From contig JBNZDD010013678.1 of assembly GCA_050575255.1 (NCBI GenBank), positions 4,420,690 through 4,484,689 of the forward strand: a stretch of DNA of 64,000 bases, in the 5' to 3' direction. The translations under genes were made by a program, and so were the position numbers. Source of the stretch: Harriotta raleighana. Taxonomy: Eukaryota. Under the pieces are notes generated by a model, which was not told the origin of the DNA, made no database searches, and was given only the letters and a program-made list of their open reading frames with translations. Shown one piece after another: positions 1 to 15,800 of the stretch (its first letter is position 1; every line of letters starts with the position of its first letter).

Positions 1-1969
1 TGAGGCTCTGGAAATAAACCTTTTTAGTACTGTATATTAGCATAAGAAAAGTGCTGAAACCAGATGAGCAGTTGATGATTTGATATAGAAAAAAATATTG
101 ATTGAAGTGTTCAATTTAATAAACTGAATTTTCAAGCCAAAGAGACCAGTGATGAGTTTATCAGTATTGTTTGAATGGAAGCGATGTTATTTAAAAAAAA
201 AGTCTGAACTGCAAAAAATTTAACTGACTATGTTTGGAGTAGTGAGCAGAGAAGGCACGATTTTATATTTGCATTAGTTGTACCCATTGCAGCTATGCTT
301 GCAACCAAAAGTATTCTATATGGAATGCAGATTTCAGAGATACCAATCACAAATCTCTTAAGCCAACTGCCATACATGTGTGATGAGCTTGTTTAGGTCA
401 AAGCTTATCAACGATAAGAGACATCCCAAAACAAATATGTCCATGTCACTCCTTCATGCAAGTCTTTTCAGATGAGTTATAAATCATGTCTCTACGTCAG
501 TCGGTTGTTGACTTCTTAGCGGACACAACAGATACACAGGCATTATGTCTTTATTCTATTACTATTACCTTTATTACTAAAGGTATATGAGCATGATTAA
601 TACTGGCAAAGTCTGATGATTAAACTGTCTGTGGCTTGCTATAATTTATAGACGAATGCTAACTTTGTGTAGTGCCTGTCTCAAAGGACTGGAAATGGTC
701 AAGATCATCACCAAGATCTTTTGATCAGACTCACAAAATGTCTACCAAAGTGTGAAGATTTGTAAATATCGAATCTTGCATGTGCCTATCTGTGCACATA
801 CAAGAACTGACCTGACACAAAATGCTCAATTGCATTTTTGATCTCATTTCCGACTTTTCGTGAAGTTTGGGAAAATTGTCAAAGAAACTCAGTAAGAATA
901 AGGCAGATCCAAGAGGATTTCTGGCAAGTCATTCTGAAACACATCCAGGTATTTACACATACTTCATGATAGAAGCACTTTACTACAATTGGATGAAAAA
1001 TCAATGGAGACGATTAGATTACCAAAAGTGGAACAATTTTGAGCATATCTCCTTGGAGATAGACAATGCACTTATAAAGTCTTTTGGGCTTATTATTTTA
1101 GTATCTATTGTATATCTGCACCATCCAGAAAGATATCTTGGAATTGGAGAAAATGTGATTCATTTATTCCTAAATAATTTGATTTCTGCAGGATAATTTG
1201 GGGAAATGTTCTATTTGATTTTAAATTGCCCAACTAGAATAAATATCCTGTAGTAATCATGCTATTGTGCAGAGATTCAGCCGCTAGTTGATCAGTTTTG
1301 AATCTCTGACATAATGTTCAAAAAAATTGAAGTCAGGAGCCAGAATATTTAGATTTGAATAAATCAATTTTTCTCCAATTCCAAGTGTTGTATTGCCATA
1401 ATTGTGCCATTAATATACTCTTCTATCTGTGTTCCACAAATATAACAAGAATTAATTTACTTAGCAGTGTGGTATTAAACAATTAATGAGTCAGTCTGTG
1501 GAGAGAACTGGACTGTCTATCAATGAATTAATGATTAATTTGTAGTTGCATATTAGATCTTTGGTGACATATGAGAAGCAGATTTGTTCGCTTGTGTTGT
1601 ACTGCTAATGTACGAGAGAAGATCTAAGATAGTTTCCATTTATAAGCAAATGGAAATAGAGGCACACCTATGTGCAAATTGTTTAGCCAGCGACGGTAAA
1701 GTGGTCAAACTTGCTCCAAAATGATCTTGTATCATAACAGGAGAAAAGAGTTTTTAGTTTTGTAATTTAACAAAGTAGAACATGTGTTTTATTTTACTTG
1801 TGTTTCTCTAGAATATTATTGAAATATGTATTCACAATTTTGGGCAGGAGTAAATCTTCATTCTATTCCTTGTTCATCTTTGATTTATCGTTTTTTGAAT
1901 CCTTTTAGCTGAGAGGATTGTATCTAGTTTTATTTTTGAAATCCTATGTATCTATTTGTTCCACACTTG

Positions 1970-2100
1970 TTCTGCTGTGCACAATTGGATGCAGCGTTTT
2001 GTCCATAAAACTCACTTTACAATCTACTCTGTGAAGCACTTTGGGATGTCTAGAAGACTTGATAAGGTGCTATATCAAATGCAAGGATTATTATTATTAC
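1970..2100 (+). mobile_element. SINE 3' part (same family as 54503)
   Basis: CTGTGCACAATTGG...GTGAAGCACTTTGGGATGTC...ATCAAATGCAAGG(ATT)n. Confidence 0.75.
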
Positions 2101-3740
2101 CTTCTGTTTTATAAGTTTATTCTACACTCCTATCTCTAAAATACAAGGATTATATATTAAGTTTTGGTTGGACACACTTTTACCTTTGTACTCGGATTCT
2201 CATAGACCCTAGAGTTTGAGATATTCAATATTGATCATTAGTTCTAAATAACAAAGAAATCTGAATGATTGGCTTCTTCCTGTTCTTAGCACACTATATT
2301 CATAGCTACTTCTGTTCTGAACTATTGTATCAGTACCTTGCTTATGAAAGTTGTACAATTATACTTGTGTGTTTAATACTTTTACATAGTCACTGTTTGA
2401 GGCAGAAATAAATAATCTAGCCTCATTGATTTATTTTACAAACTATACAACCATGAAATTACATTCAATGGTTTTTAATGTAGTTCAAAGAATAGATTTA
2501 TTTAAGCTAAAGAGAAATTTTCCTGTGAACCGAACAGTTAATAAATCTGCCAACTTTGACAGTGAATGCTTGTTGTTGCTGTTTGTATTGGCTGATAATG
2601 GATACTAACAACAAGTCCCTTTGTAAAAGTATTTAGCTAATATCGCTCCGCTCAGTATCAAGGGGAATGTTATTCCCTTTTTGTTATGTGATATCAGAAT
2701 TGTAGCTATAATAACTTGTTCCTGGATTTCCCATTCAGATAATTTGATATGATCTAGTTTTAATGAGACTTGAAGGTTTACGATGTATCGCTAAGAATTG
2801 AACATTACTGTAGCTTTTCAGTGAAATTGCTGCTTCACACACCGATGACCAATAACTTGGGTTGATGTCTGAATGTACGGTGTAGAAATAATTTTCGATT
2901 GCAACTAATTTATTATTTGCTGTGCTCTGCAAGAACAGTGTGATTTACATCTGAATCCTAATCTGTCCTGGCAGTAAAATTGCTCTGGCTTATGATCGCA
3001 GGCATCCATTTGTAGTTATTTTGTTTCATGCAGTGAAAGCATCTCTATACATTCCATTAATTTAGACTGGCAGCATGGAGTAAATTCTCTCCATTGCACA
3101 ATGTACAGCTCGCACTGATTTAAATCTCCTGTGTTTTTTTTTCTCCTTTTTGAGTTTTGAACGCAGAAATCCACATCTGATGAGACACACGCATGCTTAA
3201 GTTTCCTTTCTCCATTGAAAACATGCTGAAGGTATTACAGTACACACTATTCCCTTCACCTACTGAAATCTTCCACTTTAAATGCCCATGAGGCGATGAA
3301 TGCCAAGAGTGTTCATTTGCCGTAGATGGTGGGAGCCATTGCAGTGATGTGCAAACTTCCTTTGTTTCATTTTTTAAGGTGATCCTGAATTCAATTGTGT
3401 CAAGACTCCCACTGGCCGGAGCCCGCGATTGTGGAACTTTACAGCACAAAAGAAGGCCAATCGGCCCATTGTGTCTATGTTATCTCGTTGAAGAAGAGTA
3501 TTGCATTCAATCACCCTTGCCCAGTTTCCTGGGAGGTATTGTTAAGAATTCCCACAAACTACATCTTCGGGAAGCTGGCCGCTGNTCTCATAACTGTTTC
3601 CTGGGAGGTATTGTTAAGAATTCCCACAAACTACATCTTCGGGAAGCTGGCCGCTGACTTTTTTTTTTCTTCTTTTTTAGTATACATTTTATTTTATTCC
3701 AGAGAATTTTTTCAGTCGAGAATAATGTGATTTATTTTAG

Positions 3741-3848
3741 GCCCTGAACCAGAATGCTGAGCTAAGGAGCCGTCTGAATAGAATTCATTCCGAATCTATC
3801 CTCTCTGATCAGGTTGTCAGTGTTAACATTATCACGAGCCCAGATGAG
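3741..3848 (+). CDS. OSBPL6: OSBPL6 exon ([12 protein letters not shown]...SPDE)
   Basis: ttttag|GCC...GAG|gtaaga, 108 nt. Confidence 0.9.
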
Positions 3849-6800
3849 GTAAGATTGTAACTCATCCTACAGCAGTATGTCCTTTCGTCAATAATCAATT
3901 TAATAACAGAATTTTTAAAAATTCCATCTGTAAATGCAAATCGACCAAATGAAGAGAAGCCCAGTGATTGTTCTGCTTTAACTGTTGATGTCTAAGGTTT
4001 GTGAAATCTGAATTGTGAGGCACTGGTTAGTTTTATCCTGACCTCTGGCTGTTCAGCGCTTTCCCTCACATCCCAACGTGAAAGACGCTCTACAAATTAA
4101 TTTTGTTATTTTTGTTGTTGTTTATCAACAATGATCCCTGTCGTTTGAGAATAGTTCCGCCATTAGTATTCCATGTTGTAAAATCTACACTGACTTTAAA
4201 AGTGAAAGCTTATGCCTGCTCCTTTTAGTAGAGTTGTTAGCATCTTATTAGCTCACTGCTTTTGGCTTCTGTAACTGCTCATTTTTCTAAAATCTCAAGG
4301 TTAGATTTCCTAATTACAATATTTCCTGTACCTTCAAGGTTGCTCTGCGTGCTAATGGTGGAAACGCTATATTGTATAACTTTAATCCTGTGTCCCTTTG
4401 AACAGAGACACAATATAAGAGATATTTTAGAACCAAAAAAGAATGGTTACATTGTCAGGGGGAGGTTTCACGAGTATTTTCTGAAACTATAAAAAAAAAC
4501 AGCCTCCAATTTTTTTAATCAAGTCACTTACTGCCAATTATAATATTGGCGTATAGGTGTAGAATGCATTTGGCAGTATTAACATGACTGCGGACAGTTT
4601 GAGAGGAGGTTTAATGTAGCAATAAATGATTAACATGAGGGAAATTAAACATCATTCGATGCCAATTATTAGGGTCAGATTCAATTAACTTAAGTAGCTC
4701 TGCATAATCGGATAATTTTAAAAGACGTCAGAACAACTGTGAGTCACATTTAGTCCATGTTCCTACATCTTTGACATAAGTTACATCAGCAATTGTGCTG
4801 TCCTGAGGAATAGACCGTGCAAGAGAACAGGAAGAGTGAAGCAAGGGGAAGGATTTACCACTCAGTCAGGCAATAAAGTACCATAATAGACAACTTTGCT
4901 TCCTTGGAGTAGTATATTACTGGTTTTAATTTCACTGAGGACTTAATTTTGCCTACAAAATACGCAGTCATTGGGCTTTACAGCATATCTTGTGTCGTGT
5001 CCTCTTGATGTGAAAGATGCTGCATCAAATCTAAGGGATTATTATTGTTTGAGTTGTTCAAATACCGGTTAAACACACAAAGGGATTTGTTTGTGACTAA
5101 CTCTGCTTATCAACCAGAAAGCCATTCAGTTGCTGGTGGTGGGTGATGTTCAGTAAAAATGACTGAACAATAATTAATTTCTTGAACCAGGCTTTATTTA
5201 AAATAAACAACAAACAGCAAGCCTGCTTTCTGAAGGATTTGGCTATTCTGTAGCTGCTTAAAACAGACATCAATCTGTCTGAGACCAGCCTGAAGGACAT
5301 CCGTTACAGTCTGTCGTGACTAGCAAACATTTGCTAATCTCGACAGACTGTAAAGTTGTCAGAAAATTTATACTTGTTTATTCTAGTGTATAGAGCTGGT
5401 AGTGTAGTGAAGGGGAAGAGGTGGCATCACCACTGAATTTGATGCCTTCGAGCCTCAATAGCGTAACTGGAGGGCACTGAGTGTGCCCACACCTGACATT
5501 AGCTAATAGCACATCTGGAACAAAAACAACAGTATTTATATAGTGTCCTTCACTGCAGTTAGCGCCCTGGAGCACCTAACATTGGCAGGAGTCTGACAAT
5601 GAGCCAGAAAAAGGGAAGTGACTGTAAGCGCAATCAAATAGGAAGGTCTGAGTTAAACATCTGAGTTGAAGTTGGGAGTAATCTAAGCAAGAGGCTTTAC
5701 CAACAGAGCAATCAATTCACCAGTAATTCAGCTCCAAGCCACACATCAATCCAAAAAAGGTTTAATACCTCAAGTGTTAATTGAATCTGGTGCATGTATA
5801 CAGGATTCTAAGTACTTCGAGACTCTACAACTTGAAGGGCAAGTTGTTGTTGTTACTTGCTATTCTAAGACACATTCCCAATTTTTAAAAATAATCCTAC
5901 AAAATATATAGTCAGTTACTACCCCATCGTTGAATAAAATATGAATCAATAAAGATTTATTGTTAGTGACTGTGATCTGAAGTATTTAGCTGAAGCCAAT
6001 CGCTTGAGAAACTTAAGAGTTTAATCAAAATATTGCAATGTTTTATTAAGCTATTTGTGTCTAAAGGTGGCTTATGGTTGTTTCAGAAATGCCCAAATCA
6101 AATAGCGGAGCCAGCTTTTCTACAAAATCTAAAAATACATTTCTCAGATTAAAGATGCCAGAAGCATATTGATGTTAAATTGGTTCAGGGACTGCACTGC
6201 ACATTAAGCAGCCTGTGGGCTGCAGGTTTGACATAACTGCTGTATGGTTTTCTGTCAAGGTACAGTTTATGTAATGAAAAACTATGCATTTACACAAGGA
6301 TTGGTAAGCAATGCTACATTTAGCTATAAATAATCATCAATTGTCAAATGTGTACAGTGTTGTGCTGTCATACCAAAGGGCCCATGGAGACCAATTCTAG
6401 GACAGCAAACAAAATAAACCGATTATTATTGCTGGAATCTAGATGACCCATTTGTAACTATCCTGGCCGAACCCACTAATCATATTTCACTGTAGATAGT
6501 AAAAACAGTCATTAAAATTTATTGCTGCAAAGGGGTTAATGGTAAAAGTAAAGATTAGCATTGACCAAAAGACAGGTCACTTCATTCTGTCTCAAACAAT
6601 AAATCTGTTCACAGTGTGATGTCTCAGTTGTATTCTAACATGCAGAATTGTTATCTGAATGAGGAATCTGTGAGCAGCTTGGGTTTATGGTATCCCATGG
6701 GGCTAACTTGATGGATCAATTTCAATCAATGTAAGTGAAAATGGACACAGCGATTTCATGGATTTCCGAATCCATCCACCGTGACATATTGCAGTGCAGT

Positions 6801-9800
6801 TTATGCAGTGATGAAATTCTGTGTGTTTCCCCAATCCCCCCCATCCATTAAAAGGATCCCTGTTCACTTGTATAAAGACATGCTAGTTTATTAAATATTT
6901 GTTGAGTCTCAGAAGCTTCTGAGGAGTGAATCTCTTGACCAGTGCAATCATTGTTATAGAAGCTGCTGCCCTTCTCTGTTGGTCTTTTTATTAGGAAGGA
7001 TTTACAGAAGAACGCAGCAAACCCAACATAGCTACAGCTGCGTCAGACTCGTTGCAATTCAGTTTGTAATATACTTTTCGGTCTGTTTAAATCTTGTGAG
7101 AGGTTGGTAAACAAAGTGGTAGTGCCTAGAGAAGGGACTATCAAAGTTATCTCCTGGAACACACATGTGGGTTGCACATCACACATGCATGTACTGTTGC
7201 AAGACATTTTATGGAGTCTAGACCCTTGTTAGATAAATATAACTTAAATTATTTTGTTCTTAAAATGAAAGGATTTCTTGAATTTAATGTTGCACATTTA
7301 AATTTTTTCCACCACCCCCACCTCTCCACCCTCCTCCCCCCACCTTCCAACCCCCCCAATTCTCTTCAGCCTAATGACAAGATTCATGTCAATATCCCAC
7401 TGTCCCAGCAAGTCTCCAATGAGAGCAGGCTCTCCATGTCGGAATCGGTGTCGGAATTTTTTGATGCTCAAGAAGTGCTTTTGTCGGCAAGCTCTTCGGA
7501 AAACGAGGTAAGAGATATTGAGAACAACTCCATCGCAACAGTTTAGAGCAGACGGGAACTGGAGGTACATCAGGATGTTACAATCGTTGGTTTTTCGAAG
7601 GAGCCAAACTATACACATAGTACAGTATCTAAGAAGAGATTTAAAGGAAATATTAGTGAGGAAAAATATATATTCACATTACACTTGCATACATTTAAGC
7701 GCTTCAGGACGCTATCCTTCCTGAAGGGCGGTACACAAGTGCAAGTTGTTGTTACTGAAGATAGGGGCAGGATTTGCTTGGAAGAGACATGTAATGTTTG
7801 AGAATCTAAAGCCAAGATGTTCTAACACTTTTTTCTACATTTTTCTATGGAAAACCTAAGAAAAGTCCCATTTCTTTTCTCTCCCAGGGATCGGATGACG
7901 AATCGTATGTTAGTGACGTCAGTGACAATATTTCAGAGGACAATGCCAGTGTGGCAGACACTATTTCTCGACAAGGTATGAGCCCCAGCTTTTTACACTT
8001 TATTTTTTTTGCAAGAAATTATTTACAACAGATTTTCTCGATAGTTTCAAGTTTGCCAAGAAACAAGCCCAGAAGTGTTATTGTAATATCTGAGAAGTGC
8101 CAAATTGTGTTATTGCCATCCGGTATAGATTGGCTCAATTGCGTTTCAAGGCAGCAAACTCTCCAAAAGGGTTCAGATGTGTCATAAGCAAATTTAACGT
8201 TATTATGTCAGGCCTGGAGACCTGCTATATCCTTGAAACACACTCAAACTGTATAATTCTTTCTACAGTTAAACCCCATTTATCCGACACCCCCGGGACC
8301 TGGTCAGAGGTGGTTAATCGGTTTTCCGTTTGAACGTTTTTTCTAAAAAAATAAAAATTCTTTTAAAATGTAGAATTATTTAAACACAAACCATATTAAT
8401 AATAGACTAAATAATAATAGAATATTGTGTTAGTACTTTATTATTTATACTTAATTTCGCATTGGCAGCCCTCAACCGATGGAGGTAAAAAAAACGCATC
8501 TTTTGAAAGGAGCAGGAGTGGGTTTAGACCCGACTAGCAGCCAGCCGCGAGTACCTGCACCAGTACTCACGTGCGACAGTCGATTCTTTAAATGAGTCAT
8601 CACTATTTGTCGGATAACTTCCGGTTCATCGAATCTGGACTTTTTTTTAGATTGTGATTGAAAGGGTTTTCCAGTTCATTGAGTCATGGATAAACAAGGT
8701 TTTACTGTATTATGCAGTAAGCATTCATTGGTTTTATTGTTTCCCTCCTCCAATTTGATGATTTCTTTTTTTCCCGGGGAGATTGATGTCAGTTGCCTAG
8801 TCAGCTACCCGTTTATTAACCTCCTCCTCATTCCTCTCCTCCTCCCTCCTCATCCCCCTCCTCATCCATCCTCCTGAATCCTTTCTGACTGAGATCAGTT
8901 AACACAAGGATCAGAAACCACACCTGGGACCTTCCAGTTCTTTGAAACTCAGTTCTGCTCTTGCACAAGATCAGATATAAATAGTAATATCTTTCCATTA
9001 AACTGGTTGACTAAAGATGGTTTAAGGCTCTGTGATGTTATTTGTGCAACAAAAACAGAAGCTGCTGAGAAAACTCAGCAGATCAGGCAGCATCCATGGA
9101 GAAAGGAAAGTGAGTCAACGTTTTGGATCCACCGACAGAACTGACGATGGGTCGTGGACCCGAAACGATGACTCACTTTCCTTTCTCCATGGCAACTTCT
9201 GTTTTTGTTTCAGATTTCCAGCATCTGTAGTATTTTGTGTTTTGTTTATGTTACTTGTGCTACTGTTTTTGCCGGTTGAGTCTACAGTCTAGGAATAAAA
9301 TAAAGTGCGCAACGTAGATTAGGTACCGAATTATGTGTGTTAGAAGTAATATTGTTGAAATGCGTAATTCTAGGATGTGGAGGAAAATCTGTGCTGAATC
9401 TCTTACTGTTACAGTACCTAATGGCGAACTCATAGGAGGCGCATTTAGAAATGGCAGGAGAACGTCTCTGCCCGCGCCGTCGCCCGACACCAGCAGTATC
9501 AATCTGTGGAACATCTTGAGGAATAACATTGGCAAAGACTTGTCCAAAGTCTCCATGCCTGTGGAGCTGAACGAACCCCTCAACACTCTGCAACATCTTT
9601 GCGAAGAATTGGAGTACTCTGAATTGTTAGACAAGGCTGCTGAAACAGATGACCCGTATGACCGGATGGTAATTCACAATCGGATTTGTTCTTTCTCTGT
9701 TTTTGTTTACACACTGCGGGAGAGAATGAATTGCATTGATACATTCCCAAAGAATGGCCTGAGAGGTCTGTAGCTTTATCGTGGCCTGTATGACCTGTTT

Positions 9801-12800
9801 CTGCAAAGTTTGACTGAAATACTGCAGTCTGATTTATGCCAAACACTTGAGATGACAAATAATAATAATAATCGCATTCGATATAGTGCTTTTCACGTCT
9901 TCTAGACATCTCAATTGACTGCAGACAACTGTGGGTGAACTGTTTGTAATGTGGATTTATTTATTAATAATTGCATTTTTTAAATAAAACNTTGACTGCA
10001 GACAACTGTGGGTGAAGTGTTTGTAATGTGGATTTATTTATTAATAATTGCATTTTTTAAATAAAACTTGTATATTTCCACTTTCATTCTCTCCTTCATC
10101 TCCAGGTTCTGCTTGCTGCGTTTGCAGTTTCAGGATACGCTTCTACATATTACAGAGCTACCTTTAAGCCTTTTAATCCAGTGCTTGGGGAGACCTATGA
10201 ATGTATTAGGGAGGACAAGGGATTCAGATTTTTTTCCGAGCAGGTATGTATGATTGGTATACAAATCCAGAGTGAATATTTTATCTGTTTCAAAGAGAAC
10301 TCATCCAATCTTTGTTGCTAAGCTGCTTTTCGCTTCAGAATTACAACAGCCAGCTTCTCAATTTCACCTTGAAATATGAACGAGGAAAGATAGTCTGCAA
10401 CTGTGTTTTCCCCCTCCTTGACTGTGTTTTACATTTCCCTTCCCAGTTTTATTCTTTCATCCTGAATTTTTATTTTAGCAGTTGTTAGTTTAATTGTGTA
10501 TATTTTTGTTTTACCTGCCCCCTTCATTGTTTATCTATTAAAAATGTTGGTGAAGCTGATCGCTGGGTGTTTTCTCCTCCCGATGTGAAAGACACTCTAC
10601 AAATATAATCTTGTTGTTGTGTCTGTCCAAATAAGTGAAATTATTGGCGTGAGAAATTCATGTAGCATGGTTTTGGAACCTCAGACAGCATAGCATTGCC
10701 ATCTGTTAAATCTCTTGATGTGCCATCAAGTTAATGCCAGTTTCTCGATGTTACTGTGTTATTTTCCGTACTGTTTTAGGACAATAAATGTTCCAGACTC
10801 AAAGACAAACAACTCCTTATTTTACTCAATGGTTGATGGACCACATATCTTAGACTTAACACACTACAAATCTGGTAAAACTTACACCCAGTCACCATGA
10901 AAATCGATCCCAGTGCAAATGGGCCTTGAGAACTTTTGAATCTCAATGGCAATGTCAAGGTTTCTCCAGCTCATCAATTCACGTTGTTATAGTACAAATG
11001 TGAGCAGTTTAAATCAATCTGACCTGCTCTCAATAAAGGTCCTTTAAAGCCAATAAAACTATTGTATCTGGAGCTGTTTTTTAATGACACAAACCAATAC
11101 AGGTGGCAGAGCATGTTCAGAGCTCTCTTGCACAGTGAAAGATTTTGGAGTTAGAAGTATAAATTTCACTTTCTGATCTAAATTGCTCTATTGCAGGAAG
11201 CAATGTAACATCTCTGTACAAAACAGGCAGGAGATATTGCAATAATCGTTTCATGTTATACAGCAGCTTTTAAGGAATTGATATTTTGCACCACTCATTC
11301 GTCACTGAATTGCTGGCAAACTGGTACTTTTTCTCTTTATTTCCAATTTCCAGGTCAGCCACCATCCACCGATTTCTGCCTGTCACTGTGAATCCAAGAA
11401 ATTTGTTTTTTGGCAAGGTAATGAATGCACCTGGTTTTACACATTTACAGTAAGTCCAGCTTTATATTCAGCGGACTGGATTCAGATGCAAAATGAAGGA
11501 ATGTAATCAGAATAATTCAAAGCTGCTTTAGAAAATCTGGTGGAAAAAAATGAGTTTTCAAAGGTAGTGAACTGTTCAGCGTACAGTTGGATAAGCTGAG
11601 AAGCCTTATTCTAATATTGTATTCTTCAGTTTGTGCAGATTGAATGTGATTTTCGAGTTGAGGCAACGCAAATTGATGCTGTTATGTGCAGGTTACCAAG
11701 TGTCATGCCGGATATGGAGAAGCAAAGAGGAAGTAGTCACACTGATGGGGCTTTGTATTTACCATAATCCCAAAGTCAATACAAAGTAAATATTTACACT
11801 TAAAACTTTTGAAGCTCCTTGATGCGGCACTCGATTGCTCAGCAGGATTTATTTTAACATTATGGAAAAAAACTGCCATTAGATCCCTGCTCCTCAAACA
11901 GACCAAGGTGCAGGTGGGCAAGGTGCTGCCCTCATTACTCAGCTCTACTTCAATTTCATTCAACCCAAGGGCAAAAGCTGGCAACATTAAAGCAGCCTAT
12001 AAGCTTGTATTTACTGCAGCCAGCCACAGCAATGGGACAGAACAAGATATTTTACCCTGTTTAGTTTGCATTAGAACATGTAAGAATTTGTTTGGTGCAA
12101 GAAGACCAACGTCCATCTAATTCGCCCTCCACCATCCTGGCAGTTGCTTGACATGTGTCCCAAACTAAATATTGTATCCTGAGATATTATTTTTGAGTAG
12201 AAATCTACTTCATTCGTTCTTGGAACAAATGATATTTTCTGCTTCCTCTAGGGAACCTGTTCCAAAAGTTCCATGACATTTATTTTTTTGGGAGTGGGTG
12301 GGCGGGGGGATGGTGGGAGAGAGAGCTGTGTTCTGATTAAAGCTTATGTTATGTTTTAAAGAGTGAGGTATTTCACCTGGTGTCTGCCATAACTGCCACA
12401 CACCATCGTGTCTGTGAATAATTAATCCTATTTGGCATTCTCCTTATGTACTTGTTAGGCTTGCAGATGAAGTATTCTTGTGTGCTGCAAAATTGATCTG
12501 CCGTGATAGCCTCAGATACGAAGACTTTGCGTTCTAACTGTTGTCATGTTTCCTGTTGCTTTTAGATATCAGATGGAAGAACAAATTTTGGGGAAAATCC
12601 ATGGAAATACTTCCAGTGGGAAGAGTGAATGTCACACTTCCTAAGTGAGATTAAATGTTGATTTGATTTTGTTTGGCTTTTGAATCCTCAATCATGTAAC
12701 ACCTACAGCAAACTGGATTAGAATGTTTAGCAGCTTCTCAGTCAAAATGGCACAGTCAAAATGAACCAAATGTTGATCTCTGCCAGTTTTTCAGCTCCTT

Positions 12801-15800
12801 GGGATTACTTCTCGACGTGAAGGGCGCTGTACAGATGTTGCTTATAATGTTTATAATATGGACTTCTTGGTAATTTTAAATGGTGTAACTGAAGTCTACT
12901 TACAGATGAATCTATTTATAAAATCAGATTTCAGTATAGGAAGGATTCTGTCCACCTGTTCTCACTGCACACAGCTCCCAGAGATCATGTGTTTGTCTCA
13001 CTGACAAGTAGCAAGGGACTAAGTGAAGGAAGATTTATGCTTCTCCTGGCCAAGAATGGAATCTCCCTGTATCATTTTATCATCTTTAATACCAGGGCAT
13101 TTAACACTCACTTGGCTATTAGCTATTTACATCTCGAATAATCTGTGTTACCAATTGACCAAAGATTGTTGTCTGTTGACAAAATATTGTACGGGCAGAA
13201 ATAATCAATTTGCATAAACGTTCTAGATACGGCGACCAATTTGAATGGAATAAAGTCACCACTTGTATACACAATATCCTTAGTGGGAGGCGCTGGATTG
13301 AACACTATGGAGAAATTGGCATCAGGAACACAAAGAACAATGCATGCATTTGTAAATTGAGCTTCATTAAGGTAAGTAAAAATGCACTCAAGCATATTTT
13401 AGGATCTCGTTTTTAGATTCATTGCATTGATTGATTTATAAAACATCATTGTGCCTTTCTATGCAGCTTCTGTTAACGAGTATTTAACAAGATATTTAAC
13501 GATATATAGAAAATCCAAATCAATAATGTGCTTAGAAACAGATTCTTCACTCCAAACTAGAGGATAAAGAACAGATCAGTAGTTGGGTACACAGTCATTC
13601 TTCCTGTGATATATTTATCCAGGGAACATACTGGAGTTCAAATGTAAATGAGATTCAAGGGTTTGTGATGGATCAGGAAGGAAAGGTGGTCCGACGGCTG
13701 TTTGGCAAGTGGCATGAGGGACTTTACTGTGGAGTTGCACCTTCAGCCAAGTGCATATGGAGACCAGGTGAGATTACTACGAACAAATTATTTCTTTTCA
13801 GAGTGTGCGCTTCAGCACACCACCCCGCATGGGTGCTATGTAAATGCAAGGTTATATATTAATGATTTGCTGCAACATTTTATTATACAAATTGTAGTTA
13901 CCTTGCTTTGATTCTGGTCTTTAAAATGCTTATGATGTAGACGGGCATACAATGACGCGGGATGTGATAGTAGAGCTGGAGGGAGTAAGCTTCAAATTAA
14001 CAAGCCTCAAGTAAGACTACAGATCAGAAGATTTATTTTTCTCTCCCCACAAGCACTATTGTTAATGATGTTTGAATTACTATTTAAAGCAAATTCTATT
14101 CAGTTAGGGACCGAATTGGAGAATATACGAATAGAGCAAAAGCTAATGTTTTCATTGTGAGCCATTAGCAACTGAATAATAAGATAATAAAATGTCTGCT
14201 GTTTACTGGCCCTTGTCTTGTGATCTTTTAATATTCTGTCCAATGTTACTGGTACTCATTGCACCATGTCATATAATTAACTCCTTGGGGACTGTTATAA
14301 TCCAGATGAAGTATTGACTTTGCCTTCCTTAATAGATTCAGTGATTTCGCTGTATGTTTTATTTGTCTACATCTTAGCTATCTGCCGTTTAAAATTCCAC
14401 AGGTTCTATGCCAACAGATTACGAGATGTATTATGGTTTCACAAGGTTTGCAATTGAGCTGAATGAATTGGATCCAGTCTTGAAGGAAATCCTTCCACCA
14501 ACAGATGCCAGATTTAGACCTGATCAGAGGTAAAGGATTAAGTAACAACCTAAAATAAATACTGCTATATCCATTTGCTCAGAAAAGGTAGATTTACCTT
14601 TACATCAGAGTTGTATCTTTAGTTCATGGTCTAATGAGGGTTAAACTTCTACTTTGTTCATTTCTGATTAGCGACCACTTCTGTCTTAGAGGGAGGATGG
14701 GCAACTGATTTCGATATTTGTCTGTTGTTCTGTAACCAGCTGTTAGGGAAATGACAGCAAGCTAAAATTAGTCCTGAAACCTGTTTGGGTTAATATTTGC
14801 ATTTGATATTAATATTCACACAAGCAAAGACTGCTTGTGATCTAAGCCTTTCTTCGCTTCATACAAAATGCAAAGCATTGACTAAGCGCATCACTGTGAC
14901 CAGAGCAATTTTTTTTTTTGTTTGCAGCACATTTTTGTTGAATGGAAGTTGTGCCTTAGGGTGNGCAAAGCATTGACTAAGCGCATCACTGTGACCAGAG
15001 CAATTTTGTTTTTTGTTTGCAGCACATTTTTGTTGAATGGAAGTTGTGCCTTAGGGTGTCCACACAATGCGAAAGATAATATATAAGTACACCTTTGTAT
15101 TTGTTACTAGCACTGCCCCCACATTTGGCTTGCGTACCTCAGCCCCACAGCAGACTGATCTTTGTGTTGTATAGAAAAAAGTTTATTTACAAAGGTTTGC
15201 TTCTCTGAACACAAGCTGCAGAAACAGCTAAACCAACCGATGTAACAGTGCAGCCAAACACATTCCATTAAGCAGCAACACAATTCCGTTAAGTGCTACA
15301 AGGACCAATGCATTCATTGTCCTTGTACTGAATCCATCTGGAAACATAAAGAGCCAAGACAGGAAATTCAGCAGTGATGTTTTTGATACACAAGATCTGG
15401 CTTTCCCGTTTCCCACAGCTCAGGTTTGGTGATGGGGAGGAGGGGATGTGGAGGAACAGTCACCAACAAAAACTCAACCGTTCCCCCTCAGCAAATGGTA
15501 TCAGGGAGAAAGACTTTAAAAAAAGTTCTTCCATTCGACATGGAAGTCAATGTGCCACCAAAGGTCACAAGTCAGATTGCTGAGGGAGAGAGTGGAGAAG
15601 GTGTAGTGATGGTATTAATGTGTAAAAATGGACAGTTGATGGTTGAGGGATGGATATGAACAGACAGTAGAGGGTCAAAGTGAGGGCAATTCCTGATAGT
15701 GTAATCTCATCTGTCTATTAATCCCGCCTGAATCAAGCATTGATTCTGAAGCAAAGCTTGAGTCTTAATTTCTGGTTATCAGATACTTGGAAGAAGGAAA

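Noticed and set aside
867-1196. 109-aa ORF in an OSBPL6 intron
   Set aside because: TTG start, no similarity to OSBPL6 or any family I recognise, and no convincing splice sites.
3524-3656. Direct repeat of about 60 bp (GTTTCCTGGGAGG...GCCGCTG) and the repeated peptides in ORFs 3349 and 3395
   Set aside because: The copies flank a single N at 3585, typical of an unmerged contig overlap rather than a real duplication.
6742-6832. Imperfect inverted repeat GGACACAGCGATTTCAT...ATGAAATTCTGTGTG
   Set aside because: Short and degenerate; probably a decayed palindromic repeat, and not enough to call a pre-miRNA.
9916-10067. Tandem duplication of about 75 bp before an OSBPL6 exon
   Set aside because: Separated by an N at 9991; likely assembly join artefact.
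14870-15058. Tandem duplication of about 94 bp
   Set aside because: N at 14964 lies between near-identical copies; likely haplotype or contig overlap.
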